64,000 nucleotides of DNA, from contig JAAOMT010000348.1 in NCBI GenBank assembly GCA_016748015.1, positions 4,441 through 68,440 on the forward strand, written 5' to 3'. The first letter of the stretch is position 1; each line of letters starts with the position of its first letter. Position numbers and translations under genes: made by a program. The notes under the pieces are model-generated. The model saw only the letters and a list, made by a program, of their open reading frames with translations, had not been told where the DNA came from and searched no databases. This document shows positions 51,263-62,274 of the stretch, piece by piece. Source of the DNA: Geosiphon pyriformis uo1. Its lineage: Eukaryota > Fungi > Glomeromycota.

Positions 51263-54200
51263 GCAGACATTCCTACAATATTTCAGTAATAATAATAGCA
51301 TCAACTGATTGGCAAACACTTTTACCATCATTAAGCAAGGAGAAAATGAAGCAGTCACTACTTACTTAGGACACTTTCACAGAAATCTGCACCAAATTTA
51401 GGCAATCCAGGCTGATTATTTTACAGCACCCTAAATTCTAAATCAATTCATTTAAGATCTATGCAGTAGCATTTTTCAGTATGTATGCTCAATGCATTCA
51501 ACAGATCTTCAAGCTGCAGTTACAAATGCAAGAGACTTTGAAGCAGCTGAATTAGAAGCCAATCACACTTAAGCAGTAAATTTAGTAATGAACAGATCAT
51601 CTGAATTGGATTCCAAATTAAAACAATTTAGCAAATCAATTAATCAGAAATTAGAGCAGTACTTAGCTAACACCAATTAAGCAATTTATCAACCCCCACA
51701 ATAATGCAACAATTAAAGAAATAAAAATTGCTTCCAAAATCAGTTGTGTCCAAAATCATCCTCGACCAATCAACAGTGGCTACAGGAAACATGTGCATAC
51801 TATTATTGTGATAAACAAAAACATTTACAATTTAAATGTCAAAGAAAGATAAGTGACCAGAGATCAGCTAATCAGTATTGAAACTTCAATCGCCGATTAC
51901 AAACTCAGAATTATGTCAGTAATTAATCACCAGAATAATATTAACCAAATTACGTACTTATGACACAGCAGCAAATTTATTAATCATCAATTTATCAACC
52001 AACAACACTTGTCATTTATTAACCACAGCCCTAACCCATTTATCAGCCATAATCTTAGGTAATTTATCAGCCCCAACAAATCCAAACACTCCCAAAACTT
52101 ATCTTAAAATGGAACCCAAAGGCCAAAACTAATACAGCAAAGCTGAAAATCATCAATAGTAGTTCATTAACTAATCCTCAGTTTCTCTATACAACCATCA
52201 GAATTGCGACAATAGAATTTGGGCACCAAGTACACCCAAAACCTGAATTCTTAGAACTATTTAAGTCTCCTAGTCACCCCAAAAGACACTACATCCAACC
52301 ACCTGGAATCCAACCAGAAACAGCCACTTACCAGCAATATTTCACCAACAACTGTCATTAACAACAAGTTACTCACAGCTATCTTCCCATTCAAACTTGA
52401 AGAACTGACATCTACACCCTTGTTCAGTAGAGCTGCACTCAAAAAAAAACCAATTCCCACGATGTACACTGACACCAAAGTTGATGGTCATCTTATTAAA
52501 TTGATCCTAGATAGTAGATCAGCTGGCAGCATCATCACAAGACAGCTCATGGACCAATTAGGTTGCTGAGTTGATTGAACTGCCAGTGCAAGGATAATTA
52601 CAGCTAATAAAACCACCAAGACTCCAATTGGTGAAATAGATAACTTGCCAATAGAAATCAATAGCATTACTGTACCAATCAAGGTATTAGTCATGGAAGC
52701 CACTCAATATCAAACACTCATGGACAATGATTGGCTGTTTAAAATCAACATGACACTTTACTAGAACATCTAAGAGCTCCAGCTTAGCCAGAATAGATAA
52801 TACACATGTGTACTAGCCATGTGTGGCCACTTCAAATCCATTACTATGCCATCAGCTCCACTTATCAAATTCGAAGAAACCTATTTGGGAAGCCTATCAA
52901 GTATTCTTGGGCTGACAAAAACCACAATGAGCTACTACCAATATTTTTGTAAGACAATAATAAGAGAAAAAAAAAGGAAAAAGAAGAACTTACTTGGAAT
53001 GCTGACTAAGTCTAGGAAACTAATAATAATCAAGATGAATTAGCAAACTGGGAATGAGAAAAGACTGACAAGGAAAAAGAAACAATACCTACCAGCTCCT
53101 TTTATAATTACTACACCTACACTATACCACAATAATCTACCTACTGTCGGCCAAAACTTATATGCATTGATTGCAGCAAAAAATTGTTATCAATAGGCAC
53201 ATGTTATGACGATAATAAGAAACATCAAATGGCAACCAAATTTTACTGTTGTCCATACATCATAGAACACTTTGGACAATTAAAACAGCAAAGAAAATGG
53301 GACAATAAACTATGTCTCGCATGTGGAACTATTTTGCCTAATGAAAAAATATGGAATGACATTTCTGGATGCAAAGGAATATGCGATGAGATGTGCCAGT
53401 ATATGATTCTAATTAACAACTGGGTACACAAGGGAACACCAATTGATGACGCCTGGAAACAAGCATTGTGACAATTAGAAAGATATTCCCATAATGAAGA
53501 TGAACTCTGGAGAATGACGAGTGTGAAAGTAGAGGATGCGACAACCAGTGAACTACTGGAAATCAAAAACAACTCTCTATTTTTTTCTAAATCTGAATAC
53601 ATCCAAACTTTTGATGTCTTTGGTAATATTGAGGATAACTCAAAAGAATTTCATGAATATTATCAGCAATTAGCATCTACTAGGAAAGAACAAGAGCAGC
53701 ATTTAGAGCAGTTAAATACTCAATTATGTTAACATTGCTTAATTCTTTGTGACTTCCAGTATTGTAATGAGTGTGATCTCATTTATAATTTACCATCATA
53801 CATAATCTACATGATTCCAGAAGAAGAACCAATCAGCAGCTGCACATCAGAATCAGAATCAGTTTTCAATTCCAATTCAAACTCCAACAATGTTGACAAT
53901 AAAAACACCAGTTTTAGCTCTGCTCAATATAGCAACAAAAATATCAATGATTCAGACTCTGATTTAAACCCCAGAATATACATCACACTTCTTGATCTTT
54001 TTAAGAAGCAGGAACTCAAATAGTATAGTGACAATAATAAAGGTATTATGCCAGAATGTGTGCATAATATTGATGCAGGGTTTGATCTGAGATATTTGGG
54101 AAAAAAAGCCATCAAATTGGAACCAAATTTGTGCACATATATTGATTTCAAAATAGCTCTGGAAATTCTAACAACAACCATGATTCAATTAGCATCTAGG

Positions 54201-56272
54201 AGTAATTTAGTGAAAAAAAAATCAACATTAGAAGAGAAATAATTGATATAGAATACATAGAAAATATCATTGTCATGCTACAAAATAATTCAAAAAAAGC
54301 CTATATTATAAAGCCAAATAAAAAGATAGCACAGGCAATATTCTTACTTTTGGTAAAAATAGCTCAATTAGTTTCAGTGAGAAAAAAAAAAGAACTAGGT
54401 ATCACAGCTAAAGGATTATAGAGATTCGGAGCAACAGGTAAGATAGATATACCAGTCAATATAACAGAGGAAGAAATTGTTGACAAAGAAGAAATTATCT
54501 TAACCCATCAATTAATTTTTATTTCACTATATGACCAGTATATGTTAGCCATAAAAAGGGAAGTAAAAGATCAAACTCAGTTGTTTAAAGCAGAAGCCAT
54601 CATTTGCAAATTAGGAGAGATTGGACTCACTAATCTCTACATATTAGCTAAAAGCCCCAAAAACATCAAAATTCCCATCTACAACACAACTGGAAAGGTC
54701 ATCAAAATACCAAAGAAAACCATTATTAGATATTTAACCACTGAAGTTGAAAATCAACCACCAAACTACATTCCAGATTTTCCACAGCTTTGTGAATATG
54801 TGGACATCACATTACAAACTATTTACAGATGAAGCAAAAGTTATCTGCTCCAACCAGAACAATTGGAACAGATGAACATAAGAAATTTAGACCCACTCCA
54901 ACAGATGCAACTAAAAATGTTACTCAACAAATTCAATGACATCTTTGCCAGTAAAAACAAATTTGGCAGAACCAACATAATTCAGCATCAGATCAAGACT
55001 GGAGATACAATGCCAATTAAACAAAAAGCATATTGAGTACCACCAGCCAGCCATGAGATTATTCATCAAGAAATCAATTGGATGTTAGACAATGGGCTAA
55101 TTCAGTCATCAATGAACCTATGGTTATCACCAGTGGTACTGGTCTATAAGAAAAATAGAAAAATCCGTTTTTGTGTAGACTACCAGAAACTGAATGGAGT
55201 GACAAAAGGAGACAGCTACCCAACTCCAAAAATTCAAGAGCTGTTTGACACTTTTGGAGGAAAAAAATTGTTTTCAACATTGAACTTAGACAGTGGTTAT
55301 TGGCAAGTAGCCATAAAGCTAGAAAATAAAGAGAAAATGGTTTTTACAACACGAAAAAAGAATTTTGAATTTGAAGTAATGCTATTTGGCTTAATGAATG
55401 CTCCAGCAACATTTCAATGGCTTATAGAAATTGTCTATACCAGGCTACTATGGAAATCAGTAGTCATATACTTGAATAACACTAATGTGTTCTCAAAAAC
55501 ATTTGATGATTATCTGCATCATTTCCAACAAGTATTTGAAAGACTCAGAAGAGCCAGATTGAAACTAAATGCAACTAAGTGTTTTTTTGAAAAAACTGAA
55601 CTCAAGTTTTTGGGACATATTATAAGCAAAAATGGTATAAAAACGGATCCAGATAAGATTGCAATAGTAAAGAACTTTCTAGTACTAACTAATCTGACAG
55701 AACTAAGAGTATTTTTGGGATTTATAGGCTATTATTGTCATTTTATTAAGGACTTTTCTAAACTGGCTCAGCCATTTCATCATCTACAAACTAAGAATGT
55801 CAAGTATGAATGGACAGGAGCTCAACAAAAAGCATTTGACACACCAAGACAAAAGCTTATTCAAGCTCTAGTGTTAATGTATCTAGATTACAGCAAACCA
55901 TTCATCATCACCACTAATGCATTAGGCCAAACATTAGAAACCGTACTATTACAGAAAGAACCAGATAGAAGAAAACATCCAGTAGTTTATGCCAGTAGAA
56001 GCTTAAGTTCAGCTAAAAAAAACTATGAAACTTCAGCACTAGAGCATTTAGCAATCTATTGGGCTGTCACCAAATGGAAAAAATACTTAAGCCAAAAGTT
56101 TAATATATATACTAATCACAAAGGGTTGACTTCAATCCAGAAGCAAGAATTTGGAGATGATTGTTATGCAAGATAGAAAATAGCACTATCACCATATAAA
56201 TTTATAGTACATTATAAAAAGGGAAAAGACAATAGAAATGCTGACAGTTTGTCACGAATAAGACAAATCTAA
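51263..56272 (+). pseudogene. gag-pol: Element E ORF1 remainder: gag C-half, protease, Cys-rich domain, dUTPase (54048-54440), RT-RNase H (open 55082-56176)
   Basis: LILDSRSAGSII; DAGFDLRY, ASRSNL; RFCVDYQKLN, NAPATFQ, VIYLNN, VYASRSL; ends DSLSRIRQI*. Confidence 0.92.
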
Positions 56273-56304
56273 AAACATTTCAACCCAAAAAATATAACAA
56301 AAAG

Positions 56305-57680
56305 ATAAATACACAAAAATACCAACAACTTCAGCATTATATAAATACCCAATTGTTTAAGGAGAAATTATTTCAAAAAGAACAAAACAACATAAAACAG
56401 CAATCAAAATATTTTATCAATCATCAAAATATATTTTCCCAAAAAAACCAAAAAAATTTAGACCAACCAACCAGAGTGATTACAGAACCAGAAAAAGAAA
56501 CAATACTGTTCAATATGCACTCAAATCCAACAGCAGAACATTTTTATAAAGAAACAACCATGGAAAGAACTAGAAAAAGATATTATTGGCTATTAATGTA
56601 TCCAGATATTATCTAATATGTTCAAAATTGTAATGCTTGTCAGAAAAAAGGAGGAACAAGACCCAGTAAATCATTAAGATGAATCAAAGTGAAACAACCA
56701 TTCAATCATATCGGAATTGACTTAGTCAGACCATTAACAATTACCAGTAAAGGCAACAAATATATTGTGATAGCCATGGACTATCTCACTAAATGGCCAG
56801 AAGCAAAAGCCATTCAAAGAGCAGATGCAGAATCTGTTGCTAAATTCTTTTATCAAGACTTAATCTGTTAACACAAATATTCAAAAGAACTATTATCAAA
56901 TCAAAGAACTCATTTTGTGAATAGAACATTAGAAGAATTAAGTCAAAGATTTGGAATTAAAAGACCATTGTTATCATCATACTATCTACAAACCAATAGA
57001 TTAGTTGAAAGATTCAATAGAACATTGTGGGAAGCAATTGCCAAAATCAGCCAAAAAAATCAAAATAAATGGGATTTGTTCATATCATCAGTATTATTTG
57101 CTTACTGAACAATAAAGCAAGATACTACACAAACAACACCATTTGAATTAGTATATGATAAGACAGCAACACTACTAGTAGAGATAAAAGTATGAACATA
57201 TCCAAAAAAACCAATAACAGAAGAAAATTTCCAAAGAACATTGTTGAGAAAAACGTATGACCTAATAGAAACACTAGAAAACAGACAACAAAAAGCAGCT
57301 GATAATATCCAAAAGTCACAAGAAAAGCAAAAAGAAAGACATGATAACCAACTATCAGAGAAACCAGTTGAATTCAAGATTGAAGACAAAGTACTTCTAC
57401 ATTGTACCAAAGCAGAAAAACAATAGAGTAGAAAATTTGACCCCAAATGGGACAGACAATTTTACTTAAAAGAAATTCTTAGAAATAGAGCTTATAAATT
57501 AAGGTTGAACAACAAAATTTTAACCAAAGCAGCATATGGTAATCAACTGAAACAATATTACCATATAGTATCATTATCTATCAGTAATATTCCACAACTA
57601 AGAGTACAGAGAATACTAGTTAAACCAGATGAGATTCTATAAGATTTAGAACCAATTATAATCATTGAACCAAACACATA
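56305..57680 (+). pseudogene. Element E integrase (separate ORF)
   Basis: MHSNPTAEHF...CNAC, GIDLV, MDYLTKWPEA, LVERFN. Confidence 0.92.
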
Positions 57681-57742
57681 AAATTGAACAACCAAAAGAG
57701 TATATAAAGACACAGTATATGTGACAAAAAGACAGCAAAAAA

Positions 57743-58304
57743 ATGGAGATTACTGAGAACATTCATTTACTAACACAACAACTTTTCCAATTGATCCAAC
57801 AACAAGAGATGGAAATCACAATCAGTTAACAGACTATCAAATATACAAATATCAAAAAAAAACCACAAGATAAAAAATAGAAAAATACAGAAAACATTAA
57901 AAACTTGGGATTAGTGGATACAACAATTTCCAAGAAATTTTTGTTACTTCCACTTGAGATGATACTTGAATATTCAAAACTTATATATAGATAAAACAAA
58001 ACAATTATTTAACACAGCTATACTGCAACAACTAGAACAATTTGTGGAAAAGAACAATTTGACAACACAAGCAAGAACTATCTATTGGCTACAAACTGGA
58101 TTTCAAGACAGATCAGAAATTTTACTTAATCTAAAAATAGATTTTATTACAGTTAACCAAATGGGGAAAATAACTAACACCCAATTTGAAGAATTACAGA
58201 ATAAGATAACACAAGTAATTCTCAAAAAAAAAGTTCAAGAAATACTCAAAAATAGAGAATTAGAGTTAGGAGATTTGGGAAATTTCGACAGAGCTCAATA
58301 TTAA
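57743..58304 (+). pseudogene. Element E ORF3 (internal deletion near 57898)
   Basis: AAAAATG MEITENIHLL...; open C-terminal 112 aa ending GNFDRAQY* at the PPT. Confidence 0.82.
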
Positions 58305-58317
58305 AAGAAGAAAATAA

Positions 58318-59181
58318 TATTATTCATAAAATATAGAAAATATATTAGCATATAAATTAGCTAATCAGAAGTAGCCATAGTAAATGTGAAATTCTAGGAT
58401 TCCTCTCAAGAGGAATTGCAGGATTTCAGGAATTTCAGGATTCTCATACAAGGAATTGCAGGATTCCAGAATTCTAAGATTCCTCCCAAAAGAAATTACA
58501 GGATTCCAGAAATTCCAGAATTTCTGGTGTAAAGAATTGAAAAATTAAGGAATTTCAAATATGTATATATAGCAGTAGTACTAGAAGTAGAAAAGACAGA
58601 ATTCTTTAGTTAAAAAAAAAGACCTCTCAGTTTAGATTGGATCTGAGCAATCCTTCATATCACAAATAAATAATTATTTAATATCTCAAACCCACTTTCC
58701 ATTATCAACACTTTATGTTGATAGTAATTGATACTTAACCACACTGGAACAATAGCTCTTGATTATGGCTATTGACAGAATACTAACATTTATTGTCTTG
58801 GCTTATTTCTTTATTTTTCTTTTATTTTTTGTTATTTTTTTGTTGTTTACTAAATTGACTAAAAAATTAAGTGCTGAATTACAGACATTATAAAGACTGG
58901 TAAAAGACCTGTGAAACAAGGATAGAACACTCATAGATTTGAAAATAGCTTACCAGAAAGATTACTGACCATCACACTGAGAAAAAAATTCGACAAAATT
59001 GAAATTCTAAAAGGCTACTAAAACAACTATTAAATTTCTGCCTATTATACAAAAGACTCGACACCAAAACCTTCAGAACAATCAAACATTCAGATACCAA
59101 CACCATCATCATAAATAGCTTCTAAGCACCAAGTTATGAGTTTGTTATTTGCTTTGAAATTCCAAATAATCACCTATAATA
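58318..59181 (+). repeat. Element E 3' LTR (A-type)
   Basis: Homologous to the D LTRs; termini decayed to TATTA...TAATA; preceded by PPT AAAAGAAGAAAATAA. Confidence 0.92.
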
Positions 59182-60312
59182 ACATTATAAACATTGTTTA
59201 AAAGAAGAATTTAAATATTAACTGGCACAAAGTCAAGAATTATTTGGGTGTTTTAGATAATATATGTACTAATACTTTTACTGACACTGTTTTTTTTTTT
59301 TCTTGGTATTTTTTTTTCTAATTGAAAAAGCATTACATGTTGGCCAAGAGTGGTATTATTTTTAATAATTCTAAATATTTTATTCATAAAGTCTTTTGGT
59401 CTATTTATTATGTGCATTGAAAAGTTGGTTCTGGTTTTAAAGTTTTAGATAATAGTTTATTATCAGACATTGATTGGCTTAGCTCATCTTTGGTATGGTA
59501 TTCTAATTCACATATGGCTGTTAATTTTACTAGTAAGCCTATTACTAGTGCCCACACATATTTTATGAAAGCTTTGCATTATTGACTACCAGTTGCTGTT
59601 CAAAAGCACCTATATAACAAGTGTTATCCCAGTGTATTGTGTTTGTATTGTGATAATATTGAGATTTTAGATTATGTTTTTTCTTGTGTAATTAATGTTT
59701 CTGCTCATTATCAATTGTTAAATGCCCATGCAACTGCTTGGAGTGTAATTTCTGGTCTTTTTTGGTTCTTTTCATGTATGTCTTAATTGTTGTTCTTCTG
59801 TGTTTTGAATATTGCAATATGTATAGTTTTTTGTAAGAGTTTTGTCTTTAAAAATTGGCTTTAAGAAACTGTATCTGTCTTTGAAAGTTCTAAGATTACA
59901 AATTAGAAGATTGTGAACTTTGTGAGTAATTTTTGTCTTGCTTTTAGAAATAAGATTTGGTTGGTCTGTACTAAGCATTATACTTTTATGAAAAAAAATA
60001 GACTGGTATTATGTAATAGTTTAGCTCTGATTTTAGTTTTTGGAGTGTTTTTGATGTTTTTTGCTAATATGGTCAAATTGCTTGGTATTGCTGAGACATT
60101 TGGTGCTAGTTTTGAATTATGTAAATCTTGTTTATTTTTTTCAGATATTGAAAATCCAGTTTTAGTTTATATAGGTGTTTAGTATTGTTTTAATTAGCTT
60201 AAATGACTGGTTATATATAGAAAATACATGATTTACACCTAATTTAGATTGATTATTTAATGTATTATACTAGATAATATTTGGACTTTACTTGTTAAAT
60301 AAATAAAAAAAA
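59182..60312 (+). mobile_element. 3' end of a non-LTR retrotransposon: RNase H end, C-terminal Cys domain, 3' UTR and A-rich tail
   Basis: NWHKVKNYLGVLDN (decayed WxKVKgHsGxxgN RNase H motif, ~59220-59262); CLYCDNIEILDYVFSC (zf-RVT-like, ~59638-59687); stop at ~60182; A tract at ~60301-60312. Confidence 0.75.
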
Positions 60313-60779
60313 TAATAATAGTAATAAAAAAATTTGGAAATAGAAGAATAGTTTATATTATTAATAAAAAATAATACATTAATATAATTTTATATCTTAT
60401 ATTAATATTTTTAAACTTTAATATTAGGTATCAATTATATTTTTTAATAATTTTTATTAAATAATTTTTAAAAATAATAATTACAAATAAATACTAATAA
60501 ATAATCTTTTATTACAAAAATATTTAAATACTTAAAAAAACTTAAGAAGAAAAATAAGTAAATTAAAAAAAATTAAATATTTAAAAATGATTTTAATTAT
60601 TTTTATCAATATATGTTTTATATATTAAACATGTTTTTTTAAAGTTAAAAAATATATTATTTATATAATTATTTTCTAAAAATAAAGTAACTAATTATAT
60701 AACATCAGTAATTAATATATATGATAATTAATAAAAATTATAATTTTTAATTGTAACAATATTAAATTAATATTAAAAA

Positions 60780-61910
60780 GTCCTGATTTTTGTTAAATTA
60801 AATATTATTATATTTAAACTTAATTTAATTTAAAAATATTTTTGTTAAATAAGTAAAAGTTAAAAGCTATTTTAATATCTTAAACAATAAATAAACTAAT
60901 GTATTAATTAATTTAATTATGTTTTAGAGTTTATTTTTCTAGCAAATATTAAAAAAAAATTTTTAATAATAACTAATTAGATAGTTTTTACTAATATTAT
61001 TATTTTATTAAATTTACAAATAATATAATTAAGCACTTTTTGTAAAAAATTGATTTAAGTTTTAAGATTATGAATTTTTTATCTATTGGATATATTAATT
61101 GATATCTTATTATTTTAATTTAATATTCTAATTTTTATATAGCTATTGGTTTTATAAATAAATTTTTTATTGATTTATGCATATATTTAATAAAAGCTTT
61201 ATATAAAAAATTACCAGCTACTATCAAAAAACAATTGTATAATAGTAAATATTCAAACATATTATGTATACAATATAGAAAAGTAAAATTTTTAGACTGT
61301 ATTTTTATTTATAGCTTAAATTTGTTTATTTATTAAGAGTTATTAAACAAATAATCTTTCTTTTAAAAGTTTTTAATTAGTATTAATTTGGTATTTTTAA
61401 TAATGTTTTAGTTATTAATTTAAAGTTTTTTTAATATTAGCTTATATTTAATTTTATATAAAAAGTTTATTTATAAAAACTGATAAATAAAAATTAAACC
61501 AGTTTTTAATAATATTAAGACTATTATATTAAAACTGATTAATTTTATATAAAAATTAGTTATAAAGATTATATATAATTATTTAATTTAAAGTTATAAA
61601 TAATGATAAAATAAAAAAAAATTATTAAATAATAATAATATAATATGTATTAATATTTCAAATTTTTTAAAAGTAATAATTTATATTTATTAAAAGTTAT
61701 TAAAAACATATTATTAGTTTTAGATTAAAAATTAGTATATATATTTTTTTAATATAATTATTAATATATTTATTAAAATAGTTTTATAGTATTGTTTTAA
61801 TTAATTAAATAACTAATTATATATAATAAGTACATAAATTATATTTAATTTAGAATTTTAAATAGTTGTATTATATTAGATAGTAATTAAATTTTGTTTA
61901 TAAAAAAAAT
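60780..61910 (+). mobile_element. Second, far more decayed copy of the same non-LTR 3' end
   Basis: VKVKSYFNILNN (~60853), YLIKALYKKLPATIKKQLYN (~61183); 3' UTR 61787-61909 aligns with 60180-60312. Confidence 0.65.
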
Positions 61911-62274
61911 TTATTATAACTATTTTTTTGATAATTTATAATACTTTAATTATAGTTTTATTATTTTTATTACTTATAAAAAAATTTGCATTAAAATTTT
62001 AATATTTATTATTATTTTGAATATATATTAATAAAATATTTATAAAATTTATTAAAATTAATTAAGTTGTTTAAAATATAAAAAAACAATATTTTAAGTA
62101 AATTACTAAAAAATTTTTAGAAATTAACAAAAAATATAATATTATTACTATAAAATATTTACAATTAAAAAAAACTTTTTTCTTTTCTTTATCCAAAATT
62201 CTTCAAAAAGCACATTTCTGAAAAATAAGTTTTTTGTTTTTTTTAATATTTTTTTACCTAATAATTCTTTTTTT

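Larger units (their letters stand above)
51263..59181 (+). mobile_element. Element E: 5'-truncated Ty3/Gypsy retrotransposon (A-type LTR)
   Basis: Starts mid-gag (FLQYFSNNNSIN) and runs through all later domains to the PPT and 3' LTR; no 5' LTR in the window. Confidence 0.92.

Noticed and set aside
55082-56176. Longest RT-RNase H ORF as evidence of an active element
   Set aside because: Catalytic YLDD reads YLNN, RNase H Asp residues read Asn, the flanking domains have stops and the 5' LTR is absent.
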